Below the pieces are notes generated by a model. The model worked only from the letters and a program-made list of their open reading frames with translations. It searched no databases and was not told the origin of the DNA. A program made the translations under genes and the position numbers. Source: Pseudobdellovibrionaceae bacterium (lineage in GTDB: Bacteria; Bdellovibrionota; Bdellovibrionia; Bdellovibrionales; Bdellovibrionaceae). Taken from it: a stretch of 24,472 nucleotides of DNA. The stretch covers positions 1 to 24,472 of the forward strand of contig JBGGMM010000134.1 in the NCBI GenBank assembly GCA_041288045.1. Reading direction: 5' to 3'. Of the stretch, positions 1 to 9,600 are shown in pieces (within the stretch, counting starts at the first letter, position 1; each line of letters starts with the position of its first letter).

Positions 1-161
1 GATGGAGCCGAGCCTGGGCTTCCTGCGGCTGTCGACCACGAAGCTCCGTTCCCGGATCCCCCTGGGCGCACGAAAAAGTCGGCGGCAAGAGCTTGCGCTG
101 AGGTGGCGCTAAGTAGAGCTCCTGCCAAATATTTGGCAATAGTAATGTATGCGTTTTTCAT
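1..161 (-). CDS. 5' part of a secreted hypothetical protein, running off the window start
   Basis: My translation from ATG at 161: MKNAYITIAKYLAGALLSATSAQALAADFFVRPGDPGTELRGRQPQEAQARLP, open to the edge. Sec-type signal peptide (AQA/ALA); purine-rich RBS AAGAGGGGGA at 171-180 (minus). Confidence 0.7.
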   Translation of the reverse strand, partial: MKNAYITIAKYLAGALLSATSAQALAADFFVRPGGSGNGASWSTAAGSPGSAP

Positions 162-567
162 AAAACGATTTCCCCCTCTTTAGAATTTACTGACCACGTT
201 AATGCTCTGCAAAACCCGTCGCAGCCTCAAATTTAAACACTCCCAGGCCCCAAACCATGGAAGTTGAGTTGAGAAGCCGAACGATTCGTTCTAAAACGAC
301 GAAGTTTTTGATACTTCTAAAAGTTCTTCGAAGACTTTCTGCTGAATCCTAAAGCATGTTAAATCGATGTTAAGCGGATTTTAGTTTTGGGATTGAAATA
401 AACAGATTTCGTGATAGCTCACATGATCTAAAGGTTCGACGCATCGTAATAATAATTCCAAAATTGAGACACTTCAGTCATCCGACATAAAAAATCAAAA
501 TCCCTCAGGGCAGATGTGGATTCATTTTTCTCGACAAGTTCAGGTGATTTTAAGATGCTACTTGGAA

Positions 568-1269
568 ATGTCACAGCCAAAGCAAGAAAACGCTCTGATC
601 AATCTGGCGTTCAATATTGTCATTCCCGTTTTAATTCTCAATAAAGGCTCGCAAAAGCTGGGAGCTGCCTATGCCCTTTTGATTGCTTTGGCTTTCCCTT
701 TGGCTTTTGGTCTTTTTGATCTCTACAAAAAACGCAAATGGAATGCCTTTTCTATTCTGGGATTCACCAATGTTTTGGTCACTGGAAGCCTGGCTGTGGC
801 CGGCCTCGGAGGCATTTGGTTTTCGATCAAGGAAGCTTTCTTTCCTTTTCTGATCGGGATTTTCGTTTGGTATTCTTCTTTAAGAGAAAAACCATTGGTG
901 CAAACTTTCCTCCTCAATCCCCACACCATGAACATTGAGACGATTGAAGAGAGATTAAAATCCAATCAAAAACAGGGCGAGTTTCTAAAGCATTTGCAAT
1001 TTTCAACCAAGCTTCTCGCTTGCTCTTTTTTTCTCAGTGCGGCTTTGAATTTTTTCTTGGCCGAAAGAATCTTCACCCCCTTGGCTGAGAGTCTCGACTC
1101 TGAGGCCAAATCCGTCGCCCTCAATCAGCAGATCGCGCAAATGACGACTTGGTCTTCGGTGGTGATTGTGATTCCATCCATGGTTTTTCTAATTGCGATT
1201 CTTTTGCATCTTCTCAAAGGCATCCGCCAACTGACGGGCCTTCAAACTGACGAAATTCTCAAAGGCTGA
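568..1269 (+). CDS. VC0807-like multi-pass inner membrane protein
   Basis: Likely start MSQPKQENALINLAFNIVIPVLIL at 568. About 6 hydrophobic segments; motifs ALAFP, W..IKEA..P and FFLSAALNF..A..I recalled as typical of this family. Confidence 0.65.
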   Translation: MSQPKQENALINLAFNIVIPVLILNKGSQKLGAAYALLIALAFPLAFGLFDLYKKRKWNAFSILGFTNVLVTGSLAVAGLGGIWFSIKEAFFPFLIGIFVWYSSLREKPLVQTFLLNPHTMNIETIEERLKSNQKQGEFLKHLQFSTKLLACSFFLSAALNFFLAERIFTPLAESLDSEAKSVALNQQIAQMTTWSSVVIVIPSMVFLIAILLHLLKGIRQLTGLQTDEILKG

Positions 1270-1941
1270 TCACTGCTCAGGATCATCAAAGACCGGCGGC
1301 GGGATTGGCTCTTCAAATTCCGGCGGCGGTGGAGGTGGGATTTCAGGCTCATAAAATTCAGGCGCTGGCGGCGGCGGCATCGAAGGCTCTGATGGCGGCG
1401 GTGGTGGCGAGCCAAAATCCATACTTCCAGCACCGGATCCCGAGCCAGCTCCTCCTCCCCGCACAGGGGATTTCATAAAACCAGGCTTGCCACCATAAAG
1501 AGCTCGTTTGCTCACATCCACACGCACGACCTTTTCATTCAAGCCGTACTCTTCTTCTTCGGTCAGTTTGACATTGGTTTTTCTCTGAGCCCTTTTGAGA
1601 TTTCGCTCTTGAACGTATTTCTGGCGGAGCTCTTCTAAATGCGCATCGTAAGCTTTTTTATTTTTTTTATCTTGATGGTATTCAGGGCTGCTTTCATCCA
1701 AGGCCTCGGCTTGCTTTGATTTCCAAGCTTTATAGGGTCCGACAGCTTCTTGCCGCTGCTTTTCCCATTCCTCTCGCTTTTTTTGAATTTCGCCGGCCCC
1801 CGAAAGTCGCTCCTGATCGTACTTTTGATTTTTTTCTTTCTGCTGTGCAAAACCCTTCAACCTCTCTTCTTCCGAGAACTCTTCGGCGTGAAGAAAGGAG
1901 AATGAAAACAGCAGAATAAAAGTGAAAAGCAGAGCTCGCAT
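1270..1941 (-). CDS. Secreted hypothetical protein: coiled coil, Gly/Ser linker, Pro/Glu-rich tail
   Basis: Start MRALLFTFILLFSFSFLHAEE at 1941 gives a clean signal peptide. Charged helical middle, GGGAGSGSGAGS linker, repeated PPPPP runs. Confidence 0.75.
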   Translation of the reverse strand: MRALLFTFILLFSFSFLHAEEFSEEERLKGFAQQKEKNQKYDQERLSGAGEIQKKREEWEKQRQEAVGPYKAWKSKQAEALDESSPEYHQDKKNKKAYDAHLEELRQKYVQERNLKRAQRKTNVKLTEEEEYGLNEKVVRVDVSKRALYGGKPGFMKSPVRGGGAGSGSGAGSMDFGSPPPPPSEPSMPPPPAPEFYEPEIPPPPPPEFEEPIPPPVFDDPEQ

Positions 1942-2026
1942 GCAGATTTCAGAATAAAGTCGGAAGCCCGGAAGAACAACTTTTCCCCTCGACCTTTGGA
2001 GAGAAGCCCGGTAGATTCTGGACCCT

Positions 2027-3031
2027 ATGATGGAAGTTCTTATTTTCGCTCTGAAAGCTTTAATCGTTGTTCTCAGTCTTGGCTCCATTCTCGTGCTGAT
2101 TGCTGTGCTGGCCTCTCGCGCCAGCCAGAAAAATGAGCTGGAAGTGGAACCTATTCATGAAAAATACAGAGACTTGGGATTTTTCTTAAAATCATTCACT
2201 TCTTCCAAAGAGGATTTGAAAGAAGAAAAGAAAAAGCGCAAAGCCGAAAAAAAGAACAAAGGCGAATTGGCTCCTAAAAAGAAAGTTTTTGTGCTCAATT
2301 TTGAAGGCGATATCAATGCCTCTCAAACTGAGAATCTCAGAGAGGAAATCACAGCTCTTTTACAGACGGCCACTCCGCAAGATGAAGTGGTGGTCAAAGT
2401 CGAAAGCCCCGGAGGCGTGGTTCATGGCTATGGACTGGCGGCCTCTCAGCTGCTCCGGATCCGTGAAAGAGGGATCCCCCTGACTGTCTGCGTTGATAAA
2501 GTGGCCGCCAGTGGGGGCTATCTGATGGCAGTGGTTGCCAACCGAATCCTATCAGCTCCTTTTGCCATCGTGGGATCCATTGGGGTTGTGGCCCAAGTTC
2601 CTAATTTGTATCGCCTTTTGAAAAAGCACGAAGTCGATTACAAAGAGTACACGGCCGGCGAATACAAGCGCACCGTCAGCCTTTTTGGCGAAATCACCCC
2701 CAAAGGCGAAGAGCGCTTCCAAGAACGACTGCATGACACGCATGTGCTGTTTAAAAACTTTGTGCATCAATTCCGTCCTCAGGTGGATCTGGATAAAGTT
2801 GCCACCGGTGATTATTGGTTTGGCGAAGAAGCCCGACAAATCGGCCTCGTGGATGAGCTTAAAACCAGCGATGATTATCTTTTAAGCTTCGGCAAAGACA
2901 TCCCTATCTTTGAACTGACCTTTGAAGTGAAACAAAGTTTGTCAGACCGCATATCAGGGCTTTTTGTGAAGGCCATCAATGCTTCTTTTGTCCAAATCTG
3001 GCAGCGTTTAGAGAAGCAAAAATTTCTCTAA
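2027..3031 (+). CDS. sohB: Inner-membrane serine protease SohB (peptidase S49)
   Basis: N-terminal TM helix, Lys-rich linker, motifs ESPGGVVHGYGLAASQL, DKVAASGGYLMA, GSIGV and TAGEYKRT. Confidence 0.93.
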   Translation: MMEVLIFALKALIVVLSLGSILVLIAVLASRASQKNELEVEPIHEKYRDLGFFLKSFTSSKEDLKEEKKKRKAEKKNKGELAPKKKVFVLNFEGDINASQTENLREEITALLQTATPQDEVVVKVESPGGVVHGYGLAASQLLRIRERGIPLTVCVDKVAASGGYLMAVVANRILSAPFAIVGSIGVVAQVPNLYRLLKKHEVDYKEYTAGEYKRTVSLFGEITPKGEERFQERLHDTHVLFKNFVHQFRPQVDLDKVATGDYWFGEEARQIGLVDELKTSDDYLLSFGKDIPIFELTFEVKQSLSDRISGLFVKAINASFVQIWQRLEKQKFL

Positions 3032-3080
3032 GCAGAAACGAACTTTTTTCTTAATTTGTCAGTCAACGCCTTAAAAACGC

Positions 3081-3110
3081 TTGGCTTTCCGCAACGAGTC
3101 TTGTTACATA
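3081..3110 (+). promoter_or_regulatory. Candidate sigma70 promoter of the opp operon
   Basis: TTGGCT at 3081-3086 and TG-T-TACATA at 3102-3110, about 65 nt upstream of the TTG start; RBS AGGAGG at 3163-3168. Confidence 0.35.
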
Positions 3111-3173
3111 GACGCGCTCCGCACAGAGTGGAGAAATTCGACATTTCGAGATGGGGTTGGTTAGGAGGCGTCA

Positions 3174-4145
3174 TTGAAAGACAAGGTTGTCAGCGTTCGC
3201 GGACTTGAGACGACATTTTTCTCAAAATCGGGTCCCTTTCGCGCCGTCAATAAAATTTCCTACGACATCAATAGAGGAGAAACTCTAGGGATCGTCGGCG
3301 AATCAGGTTGTGGGAAATCGGTGACTTCTTTTTCTCTCATGCGCCTCATCGAACGTCCTGGGCAAATCACCGGCGGCGAAGTCATCCTTCAAGGTCGCGA
3401 TCTGATGAAACTCTCGGAAGAAGAAATGGAATCCGTTCGCGGCGGTGAGATGGCAATGATTTTTCAAGAGCCCATGACAGCTCTGAATCCGGTCCTTACC
3501 ATTGGTCGCCAAATCGAAGAACAGATTCTTCGTCACAAAAAAAATCTCTCGGCTGCCGAAGTTCAGGAACGCGCAGTTGAAATGCTCAACTTGGTCGGCA
3601 TCCCCTCTCCGTCGGAGCGAGTGAAAAACTATCCTCACCAGCTCTCAGGTGGAATGCGCCAGCGGGCCATGATTGCTATGGCTCTTTCTTGCGATCCCAA
3701 ATTTCTGATCGCCGATGAGCCGACAACCGCTTTAGATGTGACCATCCAAGCGCAAATTTTAGAATTGATTCAGAATCTGCAAGAGCGCTTCAACATGACA
3801 GTGCAATTCATCACTCATGATCTGGGAGTCATTTCTGAAATCTCCGACCGAGTGATGGTGATGTATGGCGGCCATACTTGTGAAATCGCTGAAACCCAGG
3901 AGCTTTTTTCTCACCCGATGCACCCTTACACAGCCGCCCTGATCAGCAGCCGGCCCAAGTTTGGACAAAGAGTGAACCGCCTTCAAACCATTGAAGGCTC
4001 TGTCCCTGCTCCGCACGAGTATCCTCCTGGCTGCCCGTTTACCAACCGTTGTCCTCGAGCCACTGCCCAGTGCCGCGCTCATAAACCGCCACTGACAGAG
4101 CTGACACCAGGCCACTTTGTCTCTTGCTTTCATCCTGTGGGGTAA
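3174..4145 (+). CDS. oppD: Oligopeptide/dipeptide ABC transporter ATPase (OppD/DppD)
   Basis: Walker [17 protein letters not shown] signature, [15 protein letters not shown]-terminal Cys-rich oligo_HPY domain. TTG start with AGGAGG RBS. Confidence 0.92.
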   Translation: MKDKVVSVRGLETTFFSKSGPFRAVNKISYDINRGETLGIVGESGCGKSVTSFSLMRLIERPGQITGGEVILQGRDLMKLSEEEMESVRGGEMAMIFQEPMTALNPVLTIGRQIEEQILRHKKNLSAAEVQERAVEMLNLVGIPSPSERVKNYPHQLSGGMRQRAMIAMALSCDPKFLIADEPTTALDVTIQAQILELIQNLQERFNMTVQFITHDLGVISEISDRVMVMYGGHTCEIAETQELFSHPMHPYTAALISSRPKFGQRVNRLQTIEGSVPAPHEYPPGCPFTNRCPRATAQCRAHKPPLTELTPGHFVSCFHPVG

Positions 4146-4148
4146 TCT

Positions 4149-5138
4149 GTGACTGAGAATATTTTAGAAGTTAAAAATATCAAAAAATACTTCCCGATCC
4201 GAAAAGGTCTCTTGCTTCGCGAAGTCGGCCAAGTCAAAGCCGTGGACGATGTGAGCTTCACTGTTCGCAAAGGGGAAACCCTCGGCCTGGTGGGTGAATC
4301 TGGCTGTGGCAAATCCACTCTGGGTCGAACACTGATTCGACTCTATGAACCCACATCGGGTGGCATTCAGTTCAAAGGCAGCGACTTTCTCAAAGTCCGT
4401 GGCGAAAAGCTTCGAAAAATGCGCCGGGAAATGCAGATGATCTTTCAAGATCCTTATGCGTCTCTTGATCCGCGCATGACCGTCGGTCAAATCCTGGCAC
4501 AGCCCTTTGAAATTCACGGCATGCTGCCAGGCCAGCAGCGCATTGACCGAATCAAACAACTGCTCGAGACTGTGGGCTTGAAAGCTTCCCACATCAATCG
4601 CTACCCGCATGAATTTTCTGGCGGTCAAAGACAAAGAATCTCCATTGCCCGAGCTGTGGCTCTCAATCCAGAGCTGGTGATTGCCGATGAACCTGTCTCC
4701 GCTCTGGACGTCTCGATTCAGGCCCAAGTCCTCAACCTCATGAAAGATCTGCAAGAGAAATTGAATCTCACTTATGTTTTTATTTCCCATGATCTTTCGG
4801 TGATTGAGCATCTCTGCGATCGCATTGCCGTGATGTATCTTGGAAAAATTGTTGAGATCGCTCCTCGTGATGAGCTTTTCAAAAATCCTCAGCACCCTTA
4901 CACACAAGCTTTGATCGCTGCCATTCCACGAGTGGGAACTGGCAAGAAGAAAATGAAAAAAAGCCTGGGCGGCGAAGTCCCCTCACCCATCAATCCACCC
5001 AGTGGCTGTCCCTTTCACACTCGTTGTCCACACAAAATGGACATTTGCGTGCAGAAACTGCCAGCCCTTCTGAATTATAACAAAAACGAAGACCAGCACC
5101 GCACGGCTTGCTGGCTTTATGAAAATGTCGCAAAATAA
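4149..5138 (+). CDS. oppF: Oligopeptide/dipeptide ABC transporter ATPase (OppF/DppF)
   Basis: [62 protein letters not shown]. Confidence 0.92.
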   Translation: MTENILEVKNIKKYFPIRKGLLLREVGQVKAVDDVSFTVRKGETLGLVGESGCGKSTLGRTLIRLYEPTSGGIQFKGSDFLKVRGEKLRKMRREMQMIFQDPYASLDPRMTVGQILAQPFEIHGMLPGQQRIDRIKQLLETVGLKASHINRYPHEFSGGQRQRISIARAVALNPELVIADEPVSALDVSIQAQVLNLMKDLQEKLNLTYVFISHDLSVIEHLCDRIAVMYLGKIVEIAPRDELFKNPQHPYTQALIAAIPRVGTGKKKMKKSLGGEVPSPINPPSGCPFHTRCPHKMDICVQKLPALLNYNKNEDQHRTACWLYENVAK

Positions 5139-5148
5139 GGAGACCTTC

Positions 5149-6846
5149 ATGAAAAAAACCATCATGAATGCACTGATTGCCACTGTTCTGAGCGCCACGA
5201 TGATCCAATCTCCCGCTCAAGCAGCTCTCAATAACAACGAATTCAAAATTGGGATCTCACAAGAATTCGAAACCCTCAATCCGATCATTTTCACCATGGT
5301 CGCCAGCGTCTATATGTACGGACTGGTTGGCCGCTCTCTAGTCGCCCTGGATGCCAATGGCAAATGGGTTCCGCAGCTCGCAAAGTCCATTCCCACTCTA
5401 GAGAATGGCGGCGCCAAGCTGGTCACTGTGAAAGGCAAAAAAACGGTCCAAGCCACTTGGGAAATTCTTGAGAAGGCCAAATGGGGCGATGGCCAACCCG
5501 TTGTCTGCGATGACTTCAAGCTAGCTCGCGAAATCGCCGAGAGCCCGAATGTTAGCGTTGGCGCCAAAGAAACTTTCACTCAAGTCGACACCATCGAATG
5601 GGATGCAAAGAATCCGAAGAAATGCACTTTCACTTACGACAAAGCCCGCTGGAATTTCAATCAGATCGGCCAGTTCTATGCAGTTCCGCGCCATCTGGAA
5701 GAAGCTGTGTTCAAAAAATGGAAAGATAAAAAAGAAGGCTATGAAACCAATAGCAACTACGCCAAGAATCCAACCATGGAAGGACTTTACAATGGTCCTT
5801 ACAAAATCCAAGAAGTGAAGTTGGGTTCGCATCTGACTTTTGTTCCCAATCCTCATTTCTATGGACCAGCTCCGCAGATCAAAAAAATTGTGATCAAACT
5901 GTTCCCCAACACAGCCACTCTAGAGGCGAATCTCCGCTCTGGAACAATTGATTCGATTTCCTCTTTGGGATTCACCATGGATCAGGCTTTGGCCTTTGAA
6001 AAGAAAGTCAAATCCGAAAGCCTTCCCTACAGTGTTGAATTCAAACCCAGCCTGACTTATGAACACATCGATCTGAATCTGGAAAACCCGATTCTGAAAG
6101 ACGTCCGCGTTCGTAAAGCACTTGTTTACTCGATCAACCGTGAAGACATGGTGAAAGCCCTCTTTGATGGCAAACAGCCAGTCGCTCTTCATAATTTGGC
6201 GACAATTGACCCTTGGTTTACAAGTGATCCTAAAAAAATCACCGTCTACTCATTTTCAAAAAGAGAAGCTTCAAAACTATTAGATGAAGCCGGATGGAAA
6301 ATGGGTCCAGATGGCGTGCGCATGAAAGACGGAAAGAAACTGTCTTTGACATTCATGACAACGGCTGGAAACAAAATCCGCGAAACAGTTCAAACATTTT
6401 TGCAAAATAACTGGAAAGCAGTTGGCATCGAAGTGGTGATCAAAAACGAACCAGCGCGTGTTTTCTTCGGTGAAACGATGAAAAAGCGCAAATACGGGGC
6501 GATGGGAATGTACGCTTGGATGTCGGCTCCTGAAAGTGACTTGAAACCAAGTTTCCACTCTTCACAAATTCCTTCTGCGAAGAATGGCTGGTCTGGACAA
6601 AACCAGATGGCTTGGAGCAATCCAAAAGTGGATGAAATTTGCGAAAAAATGGAAACAGAATTTGATCTGAAAAAGCGAATCGCCCTCGCTCAAGAATTCT
6701 TAAAACTCTACACAGACGAAGTTCCTGTGATTCCGCTCTACTACCGATCGGATATTGCTGTGAGCCCGCTAGCTCTGAAAAATTTCCGTCTGCCAGGCCA
6801 TCAGTACTCTGAAACCAACGAAGCTGAGACTTGGACTGTTCAATAA
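5149..6846 (+). CDS. oppA: Peptide ABC transporter substrate-binding protein (SBP family 5)
   Basis: ATG at 5149 with AAGGAG RBS; signal peptide ending PAQA; family-5 motifs (W.DG.P, NGPY, DVRVRKAL..SINRE, LLDEAGW, P.IPLY). Confidence 0.88.
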   Translation: MKKTIMNALIATVLSATMIQSPAQAALNNNEFKIGISQEFETLNPIIFTMVASVYMYGLVGRSLVALDANGKWVPQLAKSIPTLENGGAKLVTVKGKKTVQATWEILEKAKWGDGQPVVCDDFKLAREIAESPNVSVGAKETFTQVDTIEWDAKNPKKCTFTYDKARWNFNQIGQFYAVPRHLEEAVFKKWKDKKEGYETNSNYAKNPTMEGLYNGPYKIQEVKLGSHLTFVPNPHFYGPAPQIKKIVIKLFPNTATLEANLRSGTIDSISSLGFTMDQALAFEKKVKSESLPYSVEFKPSLTYEHIDLNLENPILKDVRVRKALVYSINREDMVKALFDGKQPVALHNLATIDPWFTSDPKKITVYSFSKREASKLLDEAGWKMGPDGVRMKDGKKLSLTFMTTAGNKIRETVQTFLQNNWKAVGIEVVIKNEPARVFFGETMKKRKYGAMGMYAWMSAPESDLKPSFHSSQIPSAKNGWSGQNQMAWSNPKVDEICEKMETEFDLKKRIALAQEFLKLYTDEVPVIPLYYRSDIAVSPLALKNFRLPGHQYSETNEAETWTVQ

Positions 6847-6886
6847 ACTGTTCAGTAGATTTTTGAGTTAAAAGAAGGACGAGCCC

Positions 6887-7843
6887 GTGACCACTTATAT
6901 TTTGCGACGATTGATTCAGACAGTGATCGTGATCCTGCTGCTGTCATATTTTTGTTTCTACGTGATGACCTTGATGCCTGGGGATCCAGTGGAATTGATG
7001 ATTCAATCCAATCCCAAAATCACATCTGAAGACGTGGCAAGACTTCGAACGCTCTATGGTCTCGACCAGCCTGCCTACAAACGCTATTTGAATTGGGCAG
7101 GCTCGATCACCCAAGGTGACCTTGGCTATTCGCGCACTTACCGAGTTCCTGTTTCTGAATTGATCGGCCCGAAACTGATCAATACTTTTATTCTTTCCAT
7201 GGCCTCATTAGGTTTGGCACTTTTGATTGCTGTTCCTCTGGGCGTCTACTCCGCTCTTCGAGCCGGCTCAAAGATCGATTATGCCGTTAACTTTTTCGCT
7301 TTTGCTGGAATTTCGGTCCCCTCCTTCTGGTTGGGAATTGTTCTGATCATCTTGTTTGCCGTGTGGCTTCCTTTATTCCCGGCTGGGGGGACGTTCACTA
7401 TTGGCGTTGAAGGCTCGATTTTGGATCGCGTGAAATACTTGGTGCTTCCGACTCTTTCCTTGGCTTACCTGCAAATTGGAACTTTTGTGCGCTACACTCG
7501 CTCTTCCATGATGGAGGCCATGAGAAATGACTACATCCGAACGGCCAAAGCCAAAGGTCTGTCTCGCAGAGAGGTCATTTGGAAGCATGGGTTTCGAAAT
7601 GCTCTTTTGCCTTTGATCACAATTGCCACTTTGTCTTTATCTGGCATTTTCTCCGGGGCTTTGATCACGGAGACGGTTTTTGCTTATCAAGGTGTTGGAA
7701 AGCTTGTTTATGATTCCATCATCAGCAATGACTTTAACGTCGCCATGGTCAGCTTTATTATTTCTGTGACCATGGTTTTAACGATGAATCTTCTGGCTGA
7801 TATTCTCTACGGGTTCGCTGATCCGCGAATTTCTTTTAAGTGA
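6887..7843 (+). CDS. oppB: Peptide ABC transporter permease (OppB/DppB)
   Basis: YILRRL, MPGDP, GDLGYS, SVPSFWLG, EAA loop DYIRTAKAKGLS, DPRI terminus; GTG start. Confidence 0.92.
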   Translation: MTTYILRRLIQTVIVILLLSYFCFYVMTLMPGDPVELMIQSNPKITSEDVARLRTLYGLDQPAYKRYLNWAGSITQGDLGYSRTYRVPVSELIGPKLINTFILSMASLGLALLIAVPLGVYSALRAGSKIDYAVNFFAFAGISVPSFWLGIVLIILFAVWLPLFPAGGTFTIGVEGSILDRVKYLVLPTLSLAYLQIGTFVRYTRSSMMEAMRNDYIRTAKAKGLSRREVIWKHGFRNALLPLITIATLSLSGIFSGALITETVFAYQGVGKLVYDSIISNDFNVAMVSFIISVTMVLTMNLLADILYGFADPRISFK

Positions 7844-7851
7844 GGTCCTCT

Positions 7852-9042
7852 ATGCACGAAACACGTCAACTCACCGATAAAGAGAAGCAGCAACTCGAGC
7901 AAGTTCTTCCCATGTGGAAGATTGTTCTCATTCAGTTTCTTGAGCACCGCATGGCAGTTGTTGGGTTTTCAACGATTCTGCTTTTCGTCATCATTGCGCT
8001 TTCAGCTCCTTTGATCAAAATGGCCACAGGTCTGGATCCTGAAGCGCAAAATCCTTTGAAACGCTACTTGCCCCCCAATTCAACTGCGACTTTACCCAAC
8101 GATCAACGGGAAGACCGGGTGATGCTGTTTGAAAGTCAGCATGCCGAAGGCCTGCCGGAATTTCGTCGTGAATTGATCGAAAAGGCAGTGGTCACTCCAG
8201 CCGCTGAAGAAGACGCTCTTTTTGATTTGGTTCGTAAAGAGACATCTGAGCTGCAGGAAGGCCTGAAATCGATTCAGCATCCTTTGGCTTCAGAATTTTC
8301 GAATATGACCAAAGATTTTGAAACTCGTCACCTGCTGGGAACGGATGAGCTGGGACGAGACGTCTTGATCCGCCTGGTTTATGGCACCCGCGTTTCTATG
8401 GGTGTGGGCGTGATGGTCGCTCTTTTCTCGGGCTTTATGGGGCTTTTGATCGGCTCACTGGCAGGGTTTTATGGCGGCTGGGTGGATACGGCCTTGATGC
8501 GGATCACGGATGCTCTTCTTTCGCTTCCGATCATGCCTTTTTTAATTGTGATTGCAGCCATTGATCTGAATAAGGTTCCGGCCTTTCAGTCCATCGTCGG
8601 TTCACAAAATGAAAGCATCGTCAAAATGGTTGTTATTTTGCTGCTTTTTTCTTGGATGACAATTGCCCTGCTTGTTCGCGGCAGCATTCTTTCTTTGCGT
8701 GAGCGTGAATTTATTTTGGCAGCGAAAACCTTGGGCGCAAAAGATTCAACCATCATTTTTAGGCATATGTTTCCCAATGTGATTGCACCTATGTTGGTGT
8801 CAGTGACTTTAGGGGTGGGAAACGCCATTTTGTTTGAATCCGCTTTGAGCTTTTTGGGCCTTGGGATTCAACCACCAACACCCAGCTGGGGAAATATGCT
8901 TTTCAATGCTCAGGAGCTGATTTCCGAAGCCCCGTTTTTAGCATTTCTCCCAGGTCTTTTGATTCTTTTGACGGTAATGAGCTTTAACTATTTGGGTGAC
9001 GGGCTTCAAGATGCCATCGACCCTAAAGCCATTCGTCGTTGA
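7852..9042 (+). CDS. oppC: Peptide ABC transporter permease (OppC/DppC) with enlarged periplasmic loop
   Basis: HLLGTDELGRD, REREFILAAKTLGA, ESALSFLGLG, PSWGNML, FNYLGDGLQDAIDP. ATG at 7852 has a GAGG RBS (alternative GTG at 7840). Confidence 0.92.
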   Translation: MHETRQLTDKEKQQLEQVLPMWKIVLIQFLEHRMAVVGFSTILLFVIIALSAPLIKMATGLDPEAQNPLKRYLPPNSTATLPNDQREDRVMLFESQHAEGLPEFRRELIEKAVVTPAAEEDALFDLVRKETSELQEGLKSIQHPLASEFSNMTKDFETRHLLGTDELGRDVLIRLVYGTRVSMGVGVMVALFSGFMGLLIGSLAGFYGGWVDTALMRITDALLSLPIMPFLIVIAAIDLNKVPAFQSIVGSQNESIVKMVVILLLFSWMTIALLVRGSILSLREREFILAAKTLGAKDSTIIFRHMFPNVIAPMLVSVTLGVGNAILFESALSFLGLGIQPPTPSWGNMLFNAQELISEAPFLAFLPGLLILLTVMSFNYLGDGLQDAIDPKAIRR

Positions 9043-9582
9043 TTAAATCGCGCTTTCAGCTGGCACATTTTCAACTGGAATCGGCTCTGGCAAATCCATT
9101 GTCGATTCATCTGACGGAAGTGGCGGCGCAGCTGGAGCCGGTCTCAATTGAACTGTCATTTCTGTCATGTCTGCGTAAGCCTTCTTGGATTTCTTGCCAG
9201 CTCTTTTTGAAGTCACCACGGCTGTTTTTCCGGCGCTTCCTTTTTTGATTTGCGCCCCACTTGATTTTTTTTCAACCGGAGTGGATTCGATTTCTTCGGC
9301 CGATGCTTTCGCCTTTGTCCCATTCATTTTCTTGAGCTCTTGCTCGTAATGAGATTTCAAATTCTGAAGCTTTTCAGCGTATTCTTTTTTGATCTGCTCA
9401 ATTTGCGCGTTTTTTTCATCGGTCACGCAAGTTCGATAGGTTTCAACTGCGACTTCTTTGGCTTTGATTCGGCAAGAAGCCTCAATTTCAGTCGAAGGAC
9501 GGATGGAGCTCATCGGAGCTTCCATAGGCGCAGCCCCGGCTGAAAATGTCAAAAAAAGAGAGATTGTAAAAATGGATTTCAT
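9043..9582 (-). CDS. Secreted hypothetical protein (Cys pair, coiled coil, disordered Lys/Pro-rich tail)
   Basis: Signal peptide MKSIFTISLFLTFSAGA; C-x13-C; RBS AGGAG upstream; follows the 9601-11628 gene after 18 nt. Confidence 0.75.
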   Translation of the reverse strand: MKSIFTISLFLTFSAGAAPMEAPMSSIRPSTEIEASCRIKAKEVAVETYRTCVTDEKNAQIEQIKKEYAEKLQNLKSHYEQELKKMNGTKAKASAEEIESTPVEKKSSGAQIKKGSAGKTAVVTSKRAGKKSKKAYADMTEMTVQLRPAPAAPPLPSDESTMDLPEPIPVENVPAESAI

Positions 9583-9600
9583 GGGGACTCCTCTGTGCAG

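Noticed and set aside
514..567. ORF-track N-terminal extensions (also 1942-2088, 5119-5148, 11629-11835, 13906-13965, 14732-14752, 19742-19846)
   Set aside because: Downstream ATGs give better RBS, signal peptide or family starts, and several extensions overlap neighbouring genes.
162..567. 400-bp intergenic region as a possible ncRNA or riboswitch
   Set aside because: AT-rich divergent promoter region; I could not find a convincing structure or known motif.
4164..4907. 247-aa antisense ORF and other shadow ORFs opposite well-supported genes
   Set aside because: They lie fully opposite conserved genes and show no motifs; typical codon-bias artefacts.
9418..9426. GTGACCGAT on minus, matching the long target guide
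   Set aside because: The right half reads GAAA rather than ACCC, so the second guide cannot pair; likely chance.
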